From: Octopus bimaculoides
Taxonomy: Eukaryota
Assembly: GCF_001194135.2 (NCBI RefSeq)
Contig: NC_068998.1
Span: forward strand, 53,263,186-53,327,185
DNA: 64,000 nt
Direction: 5' to 3'
In this document: positions 26,781 to 40,751 of the stretch, one piece after another
Layout of the letters: each line of letters starts with the position of its first letter
How positions within the stretch are numbered: position 1 is the first letter of the stretch
Program-made: the position numbers and the translations under genes
Notes under the pieces: model-generated
Seen by the model: only the letters and a program-made list of their open reading frames with translations
The model's database searches: none
What the model was told of the DNA's origin: nothing

Positions 26781-27407
26781 AACACGATATTAACCTATCA
26801 GAAATATATGAAAGAAAAGGGTTAAATTTTAAAAAATAATAATTAAAAACAGCTCCCATTGTTATATATTAGTTCTCATGTTTTTTTTATCTTCAGGTAA
26901 TCCTTATATAATCTTTATAGTTTTGCATCGTGAATAAATTGAATCTTTCTCAGAAAGATTAATCTATTAATCTAAATTTTGAGAAGTTTCTCGTTTTGTT
27001 TCTAAGCTATTCATGTGCAAATGATCCTACCAACAATAGTATTGATTAAAATAGAAAGATTTGAATAGCAAAATTTGGACGACAAAAAACAGTATTCAAT
27101 GAACAATTTAGCTTATTTTAGAGAATTATGATCACCTGAATTTTCAAATTGATTCACACCAGTCTCTAAGATACTATTCAAATGAAACTGAATAGCACAG
27201 TAAAGAGCATAAGCAATCTTTGAGTGGCATTTCTGCGACAATTTTGCTGTTACACAAAATTCATCTGTTCTTAACAAGTGCTTATTTCCAGCCAGCTACT
27301 TTAGACACTAAAGCTGATATTGATCTGTGTTTGAGGGATGTGATTAGATACAGCCATGTTGACATATATGTATACACACACATAGACACACTCACAGAGA
27401 AATATAT

Positions 27408-27409
<2 letters not shown>

Positions 27410-27506
<97 letters not shown>

Positions 27507-27510
27507 TGTA
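27410..27510. repeat. (TG)n microsatellite, probably the tail of the adjacent minus-strand SINE
   Basis: Directly visible; it abuts the SINE at 27511. Confidence 0.95.
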
Positions 27511-27630
27511 TACGACGTGCTACCTAATCCACTGACAATGCTGTGCTCATCGCCAGGCTATAGAAGTCACTTGCCTGATGTGCCACCCAGGGGGAGTGGA
27601 CCCAGAGTTATGTGCCTGAAATGCAAACTT
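27511..27630 (-). mobile_element. Decayed tRNA-derived SINE, family C, with a CORE-like central motif
   Basis: The reverse complement aagtttgcatttcaggcacataactctgggtccactccc..gtggcacatcaggcaagtgacttctatagcc...gtggattaggtag..cgtcgtata has a B-box remnant and a ggcaagtgactt CORE-like motif. It runs into a (CA)n tail. Confidence 0.65.
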
Positions 27631-28349
27631 ATGTGCGTGTGTGTGTGTGCGCGCGCGCGTCTGTGCTTATGTATGCCTGTGTCTGTGTGTCCGTGTGTAC
27701 TGGTGTGAGTTGTGTTGTGTGTGTGCTTGTGTGCTTATGTCTATGTGTGTATTGATGTTTGTATTTAGGTTTACAGATAGATAGATAGATAGATATAGAC
27801 AGATAAATCGACATATGTGCATACATATATATATATATATCTATATATATATATATCTATATATATATATATATATATATACATATATATTTATTTAAAC
27901 ACACACACAAACACCTATATATATATATATTTATATATATATGTATATATATATATATATCCATATCCATACGCACAAGCATATACGTGTATGCATATTT
28001 TTTTATGAATACTGCTACAGCTCATGTTTCGATTTTACATAATTGAAGACATTCCAAGATGTAATTATGTCTGTTACACAATTGTGCCGTCAGTGATCGC
28101 TTGTAGTCGTTTGTAATGCGCGCACTGCAATTTCTTTTCTGTTTTTGTGGACGGACTACTACCTTTCCAAGAGACAGGTTTGTTTAGTATCAGCTAAATA
28201 GTATTATGTGTCAGCTTCACTTGAGGTGTTGCGAAAATCCGAGAAATGTACTTCCCAATATATATATTAGATTCACTTAACAGACACACGCGACATGTGT
28301 ATCTGTCTGTTTGTCTGTCTATCTATCTGTTTGTCTAAGTGTCTGTATG

Positions 28350-28380
<31 letters not shown>

Positions 28381-28745
28381 GAATATCTACTTATATATCT
28401 GCTTACCTACCCGAGCGCGCGCTCGTATGTGTGTGTATACGAGTCCTCTGTGTGCACCGCTCTCTCTCTTTTTTCCTGTCTTTCTGACTGTGTATGTATA
28501 TGAGTGTACGCATGTGTATTTGTCTATGTGTGTGTGTATGTGTGTGTGTGTGTGTGTGTGTCTGCTTGTTTACTTTTCAAATATTTCAACTTCATTACTA
28601 TACCACATATGAGTAATGTGTAATAAATTTCAGATGGTAAATATCGTTCTTCGTGGCAAACCTCACATCGAAAATAAAAATACCTTTCAGAATTAGCAAG
28701 GCTCTTCTCAGTTCTTCTAAATGTATTTGTGTATGTATATATTTC

Positions 28746-28752
<7 letters not shown>

Positions 28753-28822
<70 letters not shown>

Positions 28823-29300
28823 NNNNNNNNNNNNNNNNNNNNNNNNNNNNNNNNNNNNNNNNNNNNNNNNNNNNNNNNNNNNNNNNNNNNNNNNNNNNNN
28901 NNNNNNNNNNNNNNNNNNNNNNNNNNNNNNNNNNNNNNNNNNNNNNNNNNNNNNNNNNNNNNNNNNNNNNNNNNNNNNNNNNNNNNNNNNNNNNNNNNNN
29001 NNNNNNNNNNNNNNNNNNNNNNNNNNNNNNNNNNNNNNNNNNNNNNNNNNNNNNNNNNNNNNNNNNNNNNNNNNNNNNNNNNNNNNNNNNNNNNNNNNNN
29101 NNNNNNNNNNNNNNNNNNNNNNNNNNNNNNNNNNNNNNNNNNNNNNNNNNNNNNNNNNNNNNNNNNNNNNNNNNNNNNNNNNNNNNNNNNNNNNNNNNNN
29201 NNNNNNNNNNNNNNNNNNNNNNNNNNNNNNNNNNNNNNNNNNNNNNNNNNNNNNNNNNNNNNNNNNNNNNNNNNNNNNNNNNNNNNNNNNNNATATATAT
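28753..29300. repeat. (TG)n and (TA)n flanking a gap (N 28823-29292)
   Basis: Directly visible in the sequence. Confidence 0.95.
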
Positions 29301-30167
29301 ATGTATAATGTGTGTGCATTATATATGAAGATACAGATGCTTATAACAATTAACATTTGCTTGATCTGAGAGTTTCCTTTGAAGTATTTTGTTATACTTC
29401 TCTGTAAATTACATGGCTAAATAAAATATTATAATAAGCAAAATCCATGGCTTTACTTGCGAACATGATGTGATTCAACACTCCATACCGATTGGTCAAC
29501 TAATCACAAGCTTCAAGCAAATTTCAAACGTCATGCATTGACAGATAACTTTCATTATAATTTAATACCTCTGCTTTCTGTTTCATTCAACCATATTCGA
29601 AAGTGAAGAAGACTCACATAACACATAATGTCCAATATAATGATGATATATTATTCCCAGGCCAGATAGAAACATAAAAATTGATTAGATTTCAATGTAG
29701 CTACAAACTATCTCTGTCTTCTTGCTTTAATTTCACTGTTTTATATGAATGTCTTCATGATAACAAAATCATTTTAGCAAGCTTTTATTAATTTGAATTT
29801 ACGAATTGATTCACGAATGTACGATTAAATGATCAATGCCTAACTTTAACCCTTAAACGAATGAAAGGGCTGCATATATGTATATTACAAACGGGCAAAA
29901 GATGATAACATTATCTCTTTTTCTTGTAATTTCTAACTTTAGAAATTACAAAATCTTTGGAAATACTTTGTATCACGTAGAATAAAATTTACGATCTCAA
30001 TACAGAAAGGTTCCTTATAGTATGCTGTGTTAAGCACGTCTACAGTTATTGGGTATCAGATATCAGCACTGAGGCACAGTGGCAAGGTGAGTCGAACCGT
30101 TTGTAGTGGATTTGAATTTTAAAAATCTTGTGGATTCAACTTTCTGTATCTAGTCTATATATCATTT

Positions 30168-30232
30168 AATATAATATAGCATAATATAATATAATATAAT
30201 ATAATATAATATAATATAATACAATATAATAT

Positions 30233-30265
<33 letters not shown>
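30168..30265. repeat. (ATAAT)n pentanucleotide array followed by (TA)n
   Basis: Directly visible in the sequence. Confidence 0.92.
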
Positions 30266-30272
<7 letters not shown>

Positions 30273-31599
30273 TTAGGGACAAAATCCAAAATTACAGGTA
30301 AAAAACTCAATTAAAATCAATTTATAAAAAATTAAAATTAAATTGAGCCNNNNNNNNNNNNNNNNNNNNNNNNNNNNNNNNNNNNNNNNNNNNNNNNNNN
30401 NNNNNNNNNNNNNNNNNNNNNNNNNNNNNNNNNNNNNNNNNNNNNNNNNNNNNNNNNNNNNNNNNNNNNNNNNNNNNNNNNNNNNNNNNNNNNNNNNNNN
30501 NNNNNNNNNNNNNNNNNNNNNNNNNNNNNNNNNNNNNNNNNNNNNNNNNNNNNNNNNNNNNNNNNNNNNNNNNNNNNNNNNNNNNNNNNNNNNNNNNNNN
30601 NNNNNNNNNNNNNNNNNNNNNNNNNNNNNNNNNNNNNNNNNNNNNNNNNNNNNNNNNNNNNNNNNNNNNNNNNNNNNNNNNNNNNNNNNNNNNNNNNNNN
30701 NNNNNNNNNNNNNNNNNNNNNNNNNNNNNNNNNNNNNNNNNNNNNNNNNNNNNNNNNNNNNNNNNNNNNNNNNNNNNNNNNNNNNNNNNNNNNNNNNNNN
30801 NNNNNNNNNNNNNNNTAATTATTGTTCTACTTACGATCTGACGAGTAGCTATATTTTTGAATAGAACTTATTTTCGATAATTTCAATTGATTTTAATCGA
30901 TTTAAATTTCTTTTCTATTTGAAAATTGGTTATGAAACACGTGTAATCTTTTAATTATATTTATCTTATGATATTTACTTTACTTTATATTATACTCATT
31001 TATTGTGCTTTTAATTATTAATTTTTCTATATGTGATAGTGGATTTTCATCGATGAGTTCTTGAAAATTGGTTATTTTCCCTAAAACTATATATATATAT
31101 ATATATATATGGATGCATTGTGTAAGTGTGTGTGGGTTGGTAAGCCTATGAGCAAACTGGAGCTTCATTTCTCAATACGTATGCTAAAACATCCGACATA
31201 CACTTACTATGACGATTGTGACCCTTTTAAATGGAAGTAAACACGTGCAGCAAATGGATTTTCCTTTATTCGGTTTCTTCGCAATTAGGCAAAGCAAATA
31301 CTGAGGAATTCACAAAGATTTCTTCCCTCCACATGTGTCCATTCAAATCCTTTTATCAGTATAATCCAGAAAGTTTCATTGCCTTTAATGTATCTTACCG
31401 ATATGAAGAAATATATTGTTATAAACGTGGCACGAAAAATTTAACAATAGCAATCTTTTGTTCAGTCTAAAATACGTGCCAGCGAATGTGCAAGCTTTTT
31501 GTTAATAATGCAAATCTCAGAGATCCCTGTTAAAAGGAAAAAATGCGTGGAAAATAATAGTTTTTGCATCAATAAGAAATGTTCGCCGTATCGCAGTGT

Positions 31600-31700
31600 C
31601 AGATAAAATTCTCTGCTGTAAATATTCCGCCTGTCTGCCCTCTGAGTTCAATTGTCGTTGATGTCAAATTTTCCTATCGCCTATTCGGGATCGATAAATA
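31600..31700 (+). mobile_element. Decayed SINE family A fragment
   Basis: ctgagttcaattgtcgttgatgtcaaattttcctatcgcctattcgggatcgataaata resembles the family A B-box and core. Confidence 0.55.
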
Positions 31701-33359
31701 GTGCAAGAATCCAGTATTTCTTCCTTCCATCCTGTCCTACTCGGCAGCCCTTCGACAATCTTTCTAACCGAAAAAAAGGAGGCTTTTACCGTTGGAAATT
31801 TCCAAGTCACGTTATATATCATTTTCGTACCTCTCTGACGCCATTAAAACAAATGGAATTGTTTTGCAGTAAAATATCTACCTCATCGTGCTACACTTCC
31901 TAGAGACCCAAGAACGCTATACGTTATCTCGACCCCCAACAAATAAGAAATCCGTGCGCAATGTAAATTCTTATTTCAAAGCTTTTCCAGTTACTAATAT
32001 TATTTATTTGACTACAACCATTTAATTTTAGATTTAGTTGGGGGTTAACTTCATTTTAAATAAACTTTCTTGCCGCAACATTCATTTCAGTTAAAATTTT
32101 TTAAAGATGTTACTTTAAATAATTCGTCCGTATGAAACTTTGCGCGACATCATATCGTTGCTATCATTCAAAAGTGTCGTAAGTCCAAAACGTTGCTTTC
32201 TTCAGAAAACGGAAAGGTAATTTCACTTATCTATAGCAAAACCGTTGTACTAACTTTGGAATTTTTTGATATCTTGGATACTGAATTAGCTGTTGATATT
32301 ATTGTTTGACAAAAAGAACTGGCTATTGCTAGCAAAAATAAATATTGAAAAGAAAAAAGGCATTTGGCCAAATTTGGACATACGACAGTTTAACATAATA
32401 GCAACGATATGTATTGGTTCAAGCATCATTATATTCACGCACACAAACATCCTGAAAGAAACGCAAAATGAATCAGACGCAGCGACAAACTCATACAGGT
32501 GTATTAAAATGCCCGCTAACAACGAGAAAAAAGAACATGCCGCCAGGAGACAACGTGCAGAATTACACGTACAGCTGCACATACACCCATATACTGTTAG
32601 ACATATGGAGAATACATATAGAAAATAGATACATGTATACATACATATTTTCACACGTGTATATCTTGTCCGAAAATTCTTTTAAACGCCAATAATACTA
32701 TTTTCAATAACAATAAAGGATAACAAAACCTCCATTTTTGGCACCGTTAATTGCTATAATAGTGGTCGGCATCAGAAATGATGCTGACGTAGATTGCTGA
32801 TGGCTTTCTTGCAACTAATAATTAGACAGAAAAAAAATCAACTTTTGAAACAAAAAAAAAATAAACATATATAATAAATAGAATTTTAAAAATACCATGT
32901 AATATATTTAACATAAGATAAAATAACAATGTTTTAATACGGTTGTCGAATGTTTTAATGAATACATTTTGGCACTCAATTAGCGTTCTAATTCGAAATC
33001 TTTGACTTCCAAAATCGGTAAAGCGTCGAGTAAACGACTTGTGTTTTTCAACATGGCATTGTTTTAGTGCATTACTTTCGAATCACATCAAGGAAGGTTT
33101 TAAGTTGCCATTCTTATCAATGGAATGTTTGTCAAAACTATCACTGAAATATTTACCTTTTATAAGGGGGAATGGAAGATCCCACTAAATTTGTTTGCGA
33201 TATTTTCGTCTTTCATCCGTGTATTTGCATACACCTTGGTATGCACGCGTGCGCGTGTGTGTGAGAGAGAAAGATGTGTTTCAATGTGTATATTTGTTGT
33301 GTTTACATTTATAAAAGTAATAAAATCAATATAATATTGAATTATGGCAAATCTTTTGG

Positions 33360-33515
33360 TGCGCCGGACAAATTGCTTAGCAGCATTACATCCGATTGTC
33401 TACGTCCACCAAGGTCACTTTTGCTTTTTAACCCTTTCGCTGTTCATAGAATAAGATAGCAAGGTTAATGTACTCGACTCTTCCCCTTCACAAAACTGGC
33501 CTTGAGCGAAAATTC
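33360..33515 (+). mobile_element. Decayed SINE family A
   Basis: gcgccggacaaattgcttagcagcatt...ccaaggtcacttttgctttttaaccctttcg...aatgtactcgactcttccccttcacaaaactggccttg aligns with the 4425 copy. Confidence 0.65.
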
Positions 33516-34691
33516 TATGCTTTTCAATTCAGAAACAACGTAAGGATAAAGCGACCACCTTAAAATATATTGTAAAATCTATACTGTTCAATATAGTTTT
33601 GCTTCTTACCCAGCTTTGGTTTTTTTTTTATTGTAACATTCTGGCAAATATTTTTTTTATTTTGGGCTTCACCTGGGTGTCGGCAATTTTACCTTACTTT
33701 TCTGCTAACAGTATTAAAAAAGAAAAACAATTAACCTCAAACAATCAAAATCGCAATCAGATTGTATCTAGATTGGAACGTGAATATTCATAGCACATTT
33801 CAGTAGACGAAGTAGCGTAATAATTTCAGTAAAAATATTTCACGCCAAATAAGAGAGAGAAAACATCTCAGAAATAATAAAATAAAATACTGTAAATTAA
33901 AATAATAAAAGAACAACGTTCGATAAAAGACAAAAAAAAACTAATAATTTACACAACTTTCTAAAATACTATGCGGCATGTGAAATGCAGCCGATATAGA
34001 TTGCTGATGGCTTTCTAGGAAGTAACAATTAGTAGTCAAAAAACACTTAATAAATAAATAAATACAGAAAAGAAAATAACATAAATTTGCAAAACAATAA
34101 ATGGAACATTTTTTTTTAATTAGGATGTATCTGTGTCAACTTCATTTGAGGTTTTACTTGATATATAGTTTATCTAATTCATGTCTTTTAATTACATTGG
34201 GAATATAAATCAGGCCAGCTAGCATTTGGCTCTTTAAACTGAGCCACGTTCGCAAAATAAAGGAAAACAAAACAAGCCAAAACGTAGTACTTCTTGATCG
34301 TTGACAACTATTTTCTACAGGGTGAAGCTGCACTTTAATAAAATTGTTTGTTCGTTTAATTTGTTTCAGACGTAGCGGAATGAAAGAAGGAATAGCCTAT
34401 TGGAGATGCTTGACATTATTTCAGTTTCCTACTATTCCGTTATGAGTTCAATTCAAAGTAAAGGAAAATAGCACCAATGAAAGCCAGAGATATAGGTGTG
34501 ACTTTCATAAATTCTGTTTAAAATCGCGAGGTTTTGCGATTTGGTTCCATTACGTGGCACTGGGTTGGAGGTATTTCTAGCAATGTTTCATTGGCTCAAT
34601 TGATCCGCTAAGTGTCGTTGGACACTGAAGTATACTAGGGAGAAACTATGCGGAAATTCCTCACCTATCTCTCTCTCTCTCTCTCTCTCTG

Positions 34692-34728
<37 letters not shown>

Positions 34729-36344
34729 AGAGAGAGAAAGAAAGCGGTGTATAATGATTTAAAAGAGAAAAACAAAATAAGATATTATATATATATATAT
34801 ACACAGACATCGATATATGTATTTATATTTATTCATATCGATAAAAAATAAACATTGACACTTTCTTCGCTGAAGAAGTATTGCTACTGTAACTGAGAAG
34901 GTAATGAAATTTTATGTCTTGAAATCACTCGAGGATGCATAAATTTTTATTTACATCCTTTTTTCATATCTTCCTCTCACATAATAAACTTGACATAGTT
35001 CATTGTAAAACTATGTAATTATGTGGTTTAATATATGTGTTTATATTATGGAATGCACCAATAGGATGGCACAGTGCAAAATAAGTTTAACATTCAGTTA
35101 CACTCAATTAAATTAGCAAAGTGTACGTCACGTTTCATACCTCGCGTTCCAAGAAGGTACTGATCATGTATTGTGATGTACCAGTTATATACCGAAACAT
35201 TTCGCTCCAACATTACAATATTTAACCTTGTCTCTATGAATGTTAGAGACGCTATTATTAGCATTGCCGCTTATGTCACAGAATATTCGTTTGATTTACT
35301 CGTCTGTTAGATTTCTCAGGTTTTTCGTTTATTTATTTATGTCCTTCTTTTCAATTGCAAGTTAGCTTTTACTAAGTTGCCGTGTAAATCACTCATTCTG
35401 TTTGTTGTTATTATGATTGCTCTTGTGGTTGTTTGTTCTACGCTACAATATTAAAGAAACATCTCAACTAACATGTGTAACTCACTTCAGCTAACCATAA
35501 TGAGAGACACCGAGTCGTATTTATTTCATTTACTTAAGAAAGTAGTCAGAAACTAGTCGAAAGGAAGAATGACACCTAATTTCCACCGTTTGATGGAACC
35601 GAATGAAAGAAAAATTGTAAGGTCAGTCTCGAATTTCTATTCACAACTTGTGCAATTATTCCAATATCCTTATGAAAAGGTGAGATGAAATAAAAATAAT
35701 TTTTGACACTCGTGTTCAAAGAGAGATAAAAGTAGCGAACATATATTCCCTTCAAAAGAAATACGTTCATATAAATTTTGTTCTTACTAGAATACAAATT
35801 ATTCATCCAATATATGAAACTCGCGCGAAGCCTTGCTATGTATATTTCATGTATAAAATAGAAAATCTGTTCGGAATGGCGGTGTTTGGTAATATAATAG
35901 ATATTATGCGGCAGCACAAAGATTTTCGCAAGTTATTGTTCAGCAATAAAAGTCTATTCGTTAACATCGTTGCCCGCTCTAAATCTTAATGTATTTTCTT
36001 ATTCCTGCGAAGTGGAACTCTCTAACACTTTACCATTTAACACACAAGAATTAAAGTACGTTGGTAGAAGCACATTTTCTCGTGGACGTAAGACAAGGGC
36101 ATTATAATTAGACACTCTGTCTTTGGAATATGTTAACAAAGACCAAAAAGCGAAAGTAAAAACATATGAAAGAAAAACAAATATATTTACTATATTTTCA
36201 ACCATGGTTTCCGCCACAAGTTCAGAAGTCACTTTCAAACTCTTCACAGATGGCGCAAATGTCTTCACACTTCAAACTGCTGCAAATAATTTGTTGAAAC
36301 ATGAGAGCATTCTTTCGGGCGTCATTCATTATTGCTTCCACATA

Positions 36345-36458
36345 TACGAGTATTCTGCACATACACGAGTTTTCTGCACATACACGAGTATTCTGCACAT
36401 ACACAAGTATTCTGCACATATACGAGTATTCTGTACATATACAAGTATTCTGCACATA
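36345..36458 (+). repeat. Minisatellite, 6 copies of the 19-bp unit (c/t)ac(g/a)agtattctgcacata
   Basis: Units start at 36345, 36364, 36383, 36402, 36421 and 36440. Confidence 0.95.
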
Positions 36459-39052
36459 CATACGGACAGACAAATAAATGGTAGGTGTTATTTGGCTGAT
36501 ATAAATGCTAAAAAAAAACTATCGTGTACGTACATATGCTTCGTCACACACACACACACACACATATACACGCACAGCTACACACGACGCTTTTACTGAA
36601 AGGAATACAATATATGAACATCATTATTTTCAGAGACATCTTCATTCTCTTCTTCCGAATGACCTTTTCTAGCTACTCTAAGACTGAGTGCACTGTACCG
36701 CGCGTTTTAAACACCACAGACGATTTCCAAGAAAATGGGGACGACCATGCGATCTTAATTTCCCCAAATAGTGAACATGACTCCCGACATCCAAATTCCT
36801 CAACAATTTTCAAGTGCGGAGAGATCGGTAGAAAGTGAGGTACTTTTTTTAAACAGCGTGTAGGTATGTCTTCCTAAGACATGAAATGAAAATGAATCCA
36901 GTTCAATAACGCTACAAATTCTAAGTTACAACATGCATTATGTTTACAGCATCGGTATTTTGAAGAAGACGTGAATATATTTGACTTTCGATATTCTATA
37001 AATGTAGGCTATAGTTTAAGTAATTATTATGAAATTAATTTCTGTTTAAATTACGTTCCATTTGGGATTAAGTTATATGAATTAAATAAAGTACTTTAGT
37101 TAATGTTTAATTTTAAATTTGTAACGTTTTAATAAATATTATTAAAATGCTATGGATGTTAAAGAGATATATATTTTTTTAAATACTATATTTGTTTAGT
37201 ACATGTGTCAAGAGGTGACTCAAACATTCCTAGAATTTACCAGAACACTCTATCGATTCATAATTTAGGAAGCTTTATTTAATTACACTTGTTTGTTGAA
37301 AATGTATACAATCATTTATATCCAACACGTTACAATCTATGTTTCTGTTGACCCAATAAATAAATCAATGTTTTTTTTTCATTATAGAACGCAACTAGTA
37401 ATAAGATATTAAGTTACATAATTATAATAATGAACGATATGTATATTCACAGAGAAACGCTAGAGTCTTTGGACAAAGTGCTAACGGATATTTCTTCAGG
37501 CTCTTACCGTTTGAGCTACATAAATCACGTGGAATTGAATTTTGCCTTTCATCACTTTGGAACTGAGAAACTAAATTACGGTCAAGCGCTGCGGTGAATG
37601 TAATAAACACATGGCCATCTCTCAAAACTTGCAGGTTTCGAAATGTGTAGCTGATCAAAGTCCTGTGCAAGAACGTTGTGATCTCGGTTCTTACGTGTGA
37701 GACAGAGGCAGCTATTTTCACTGCTCTTGTTGCATATAACAGATTCGTATGTAGGGGAGATGCTATTCGCAATAGGATTGAATATCTATTCGCTGTTTTC
37801 CTATATATCGATGTCGACACAATTTGTCTCAGTAATTCACTGGCTGTGATTAGATACTATCGACAAGGCCAAAAGGGACAGAAATGTGTTGGCGTTCTTG
37901 CAGCTGCTGGTCGAGATCCTGTCACCTTCCGAAAAGCATTGGTTTTCAAACACCATACACCCACATGATATACCATCTCTGGGCGAATACCACAGTAAAT
38001 ATCACTTAGATAACGCATTTGTATTACGTATGATACATAGACGGGCATATCCTTCTCATTTTGTTACATATATATGTGTATGTGTGTGCGTGTGTATTCA
38101 TAGATATACATACAAACATACATACTCACACACACATAAACATATACATATTCTAAATTTTCCAGCTCTTAGTTTCCCCTCACAAGGGAGAGGTCAAACA
38201 GACTAAGACGCAAGCATAGCCGCAGTTGAATAACTTTCAAATGGCACTGACCCTCAACAAAATAACAGTGTGTGGCGTGACGTGCGGGTGTTGCACTTTC
38301 TATTTCTAATAGCTTTGGCGGTTATCTACATTGATCATTGTAAGGAAGTTTGATAAAATCCTTTCATTTCAACCAATTTTGTTAAGAATTAACATGTAAA
38401 TACAAACTACATCGAAATGTATTGCTTTAAGGACGTCCTATTTTCTTCAAACGATGGCAAAATATCTTCTAATATATGTGTGTGTATGTGTACGTGTGAT
38501 AGAATGTGCGCATATATATATATAAACACATCTCACATGTAGAATACAATACTATTGATATCACTGAAAAAAAAAACACCTCTTCAAAAGATTTATATGT
38601 TCAACATTTAACGAGTCTATTTGCAAATTGCTTAAACGATATTCTAGACATTAACTATTAATCGCGTTGCTGTCCGTTGTTTCCACTCTTGCTAATGTTT
38701 TTCTTCATTATCCCGTTTGATGTTTCGTCGTATTCGTCCTTCTTTTACTGTTTTCGCTTATTAGTACTGTTGCTGTTGTCAACAGTGCATGAAATGTTTA
38801 TATACGTAGAGAGACAAATCTAGAAAACCAAGAATTGCTGCCCGATTCTTTATCAAAGTAAGTAAATTGAACATCTGCAATAGTTCTGGCAATATTGTAT
38901 TATAAGGAATGTAGTAGTTTTGTAATGCCGTTTGATTTTCTGAGCAATAACAGAGTTCTTATGATCGCATATTTACTAAATAATAACTAGTGCATGTAAT
39001 CTTGTGTATGCACGCATACATACACATACACGCATATATACACATAGACACA

Positions 39053-39094
<42 letters not shown>

Positions 39095-39373
39095 NNNNNN
39101 NNNNNNNNNNNNNNATATATGCATATATACATACGTATACGTACATGCTTACATCTATACATTTATATAAATGCGTAAGTGGGCACGGACGTCACGAAAC
39201 GTGTACAACAAAAAAGTACGTGTACATGGAACATGAACTATTCTTTCGAAAAACGAATGACACAAATGGAAAACAGAACAAACAACATAAAGAACGACCC
39301 TTCATCAGTTGTTGGCTGTTTTTCAAGTCTTGTATTTCGAGCATTTAACAACAATATACGCTTTCGCTAAAAC

Positions 39374-39425
39374 AGTTGACGACGACACGGGTTTCAGTTG
39401 ATCTGATGAACGGAGCAGCCCTTGG
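39374..39425 (-). mobile_element. 3' tail fragment of SINE family B
   Basis: gttgacgacgacacgggtttcagttgatctgatgaacggagcagcc resembles the reverse complement of 52835-52880 (gctgttatgttgatcgtatcagctgggaccccgtcgtcgtaac). Confidence 0.6.
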
Positions 39426-39964
39426 CCTTTACCAGCTCTTTCAATATCAAAAAGGAGCCGGGTTCAAATATTTTATCCAACTCATACTCTGTTATATTTC
39501 CTTTCTCATAAGCTACTTTTAGCATTATTGTAAGGGACAGAACATCGAAAGTCGCGTTCATTTCATCCTCATCGAGTCATTTTTAAGAATCCAGTATTCA
39601 GATCCATCCGTTTCTTTCGAAAATACGAAATAATCTATAATTGTTTTAATTATTTCTAGATGGATTTTTTTTCAAATGCAGTTTTTAAAAATAACATATT
39701 TCACCATTGCAACTGCTCTTTTTGTCCCGTATTTATCAAAACAATGATTTGTAATAACACAGCTAAAATCTCGCAAAATCATTTCACACTGACATTTTGA
39801 CTATCCTTTATTACAGATTTACCTCCCTCATATTTTCTTGAAATAATCATTGATTACATTTTTATTACAAACGATTAACAAAGAATAACGATGAATAACA
39901 AAATCACTGTTCATTTTTTCATTCAGTTTTCTAATCAAAATCTTAAATTGTTTTAAGTCATCAT

Positions 39965-40175
39965 CGATATTAACAGATGAATCGGAATACTTCAGACTCG
40001 TGATCGTTACGCCGGCAATTTTTGCCCTACCTTCAAAATTGCCTTGAAACGTACTCAAGGCCCTTTCTGAATTGACGTTAACAGAGTATGTTTTTACATT
40101 CCACATCTCGATGTCAAACAATTCTGAGGAGGATGCATTAATTCTGACTTTTACTGTTTGCTGAGAATAAATTGA
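39965..40175 (-). mobile_element. RTE-clade LINE reverse transcriptase fragment, internally deleted
   Basis: QQTVKVRINASSSELFDIE...NVNSERALSTFQGNFEGRAKIAGVTITSLKYSD resembles RTE Q.A.VRT..G.SE.F.I...FN.YSE......FEGGVKIGG..I.NLRYADD. Confidence 0.75.
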
Positions 40176-40565
40176 TAACTTGATACGGAATTTCAAATGT
40201 CTTATATTTTACATCTTTTGAAAATACGACGCCGCAGTTTGCTGTATTAAATATTGAAGCCTTTTGTCAGTATTTATTATATCTGTGATGCAAAATATGA
40301 ACATGAATGAATATCTACATGGATGACAACATGTATGCACACAACATGATACTAAAATATTTATACGTCGTTTCCATTTATATTCTAAAATACGTAAAAT
40401 TATTTATTTCTCATATAAATGTATTTACATTATGTAAAAATATTTATAGTTTACCGAACAAATGATTGAATATGCTGTCTTTCTCTTTACTACTGTCTCT
40501 AGCATATTTACTTGTCAATAGTTTTAATATTCTTAGTATTATCAATGTGGGTTAAGATTAAAAAT

Positions 40566-40656
40566 GCAAGCTCGCAGAATTGTTATCGCGCCGATTAAAA
40601 TGCTTAGTGGCATTTCGTCAGTCCTTACGTTCTGCGTTCAAATTCCGCCGAGGTCT
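40566..40656 (+). mobile_element. SINE family A head
   Basis: gcaagctcgcagaattgtta...aatgcttagtggcatttcgtc...gcgttcaaattccgccgaggtc. Confidence 0.8.
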
Positions 40657-40751
40657 ATCTACCCCACCCTACTTGCTTGCCTAGTGCCAAAATTAGAAAC
40701 CATTTTTTAAAAATATTCGTAGTATTATTAGTATTATTTAAGATTATCGAT

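Noticed and set aside
37205-37245. TIR-like gaggtgactcaaacattcctagaat resembling the mariner end at 61912
   Set aside because: The match is short and gapped, with no partner TIR or transposase nearby.
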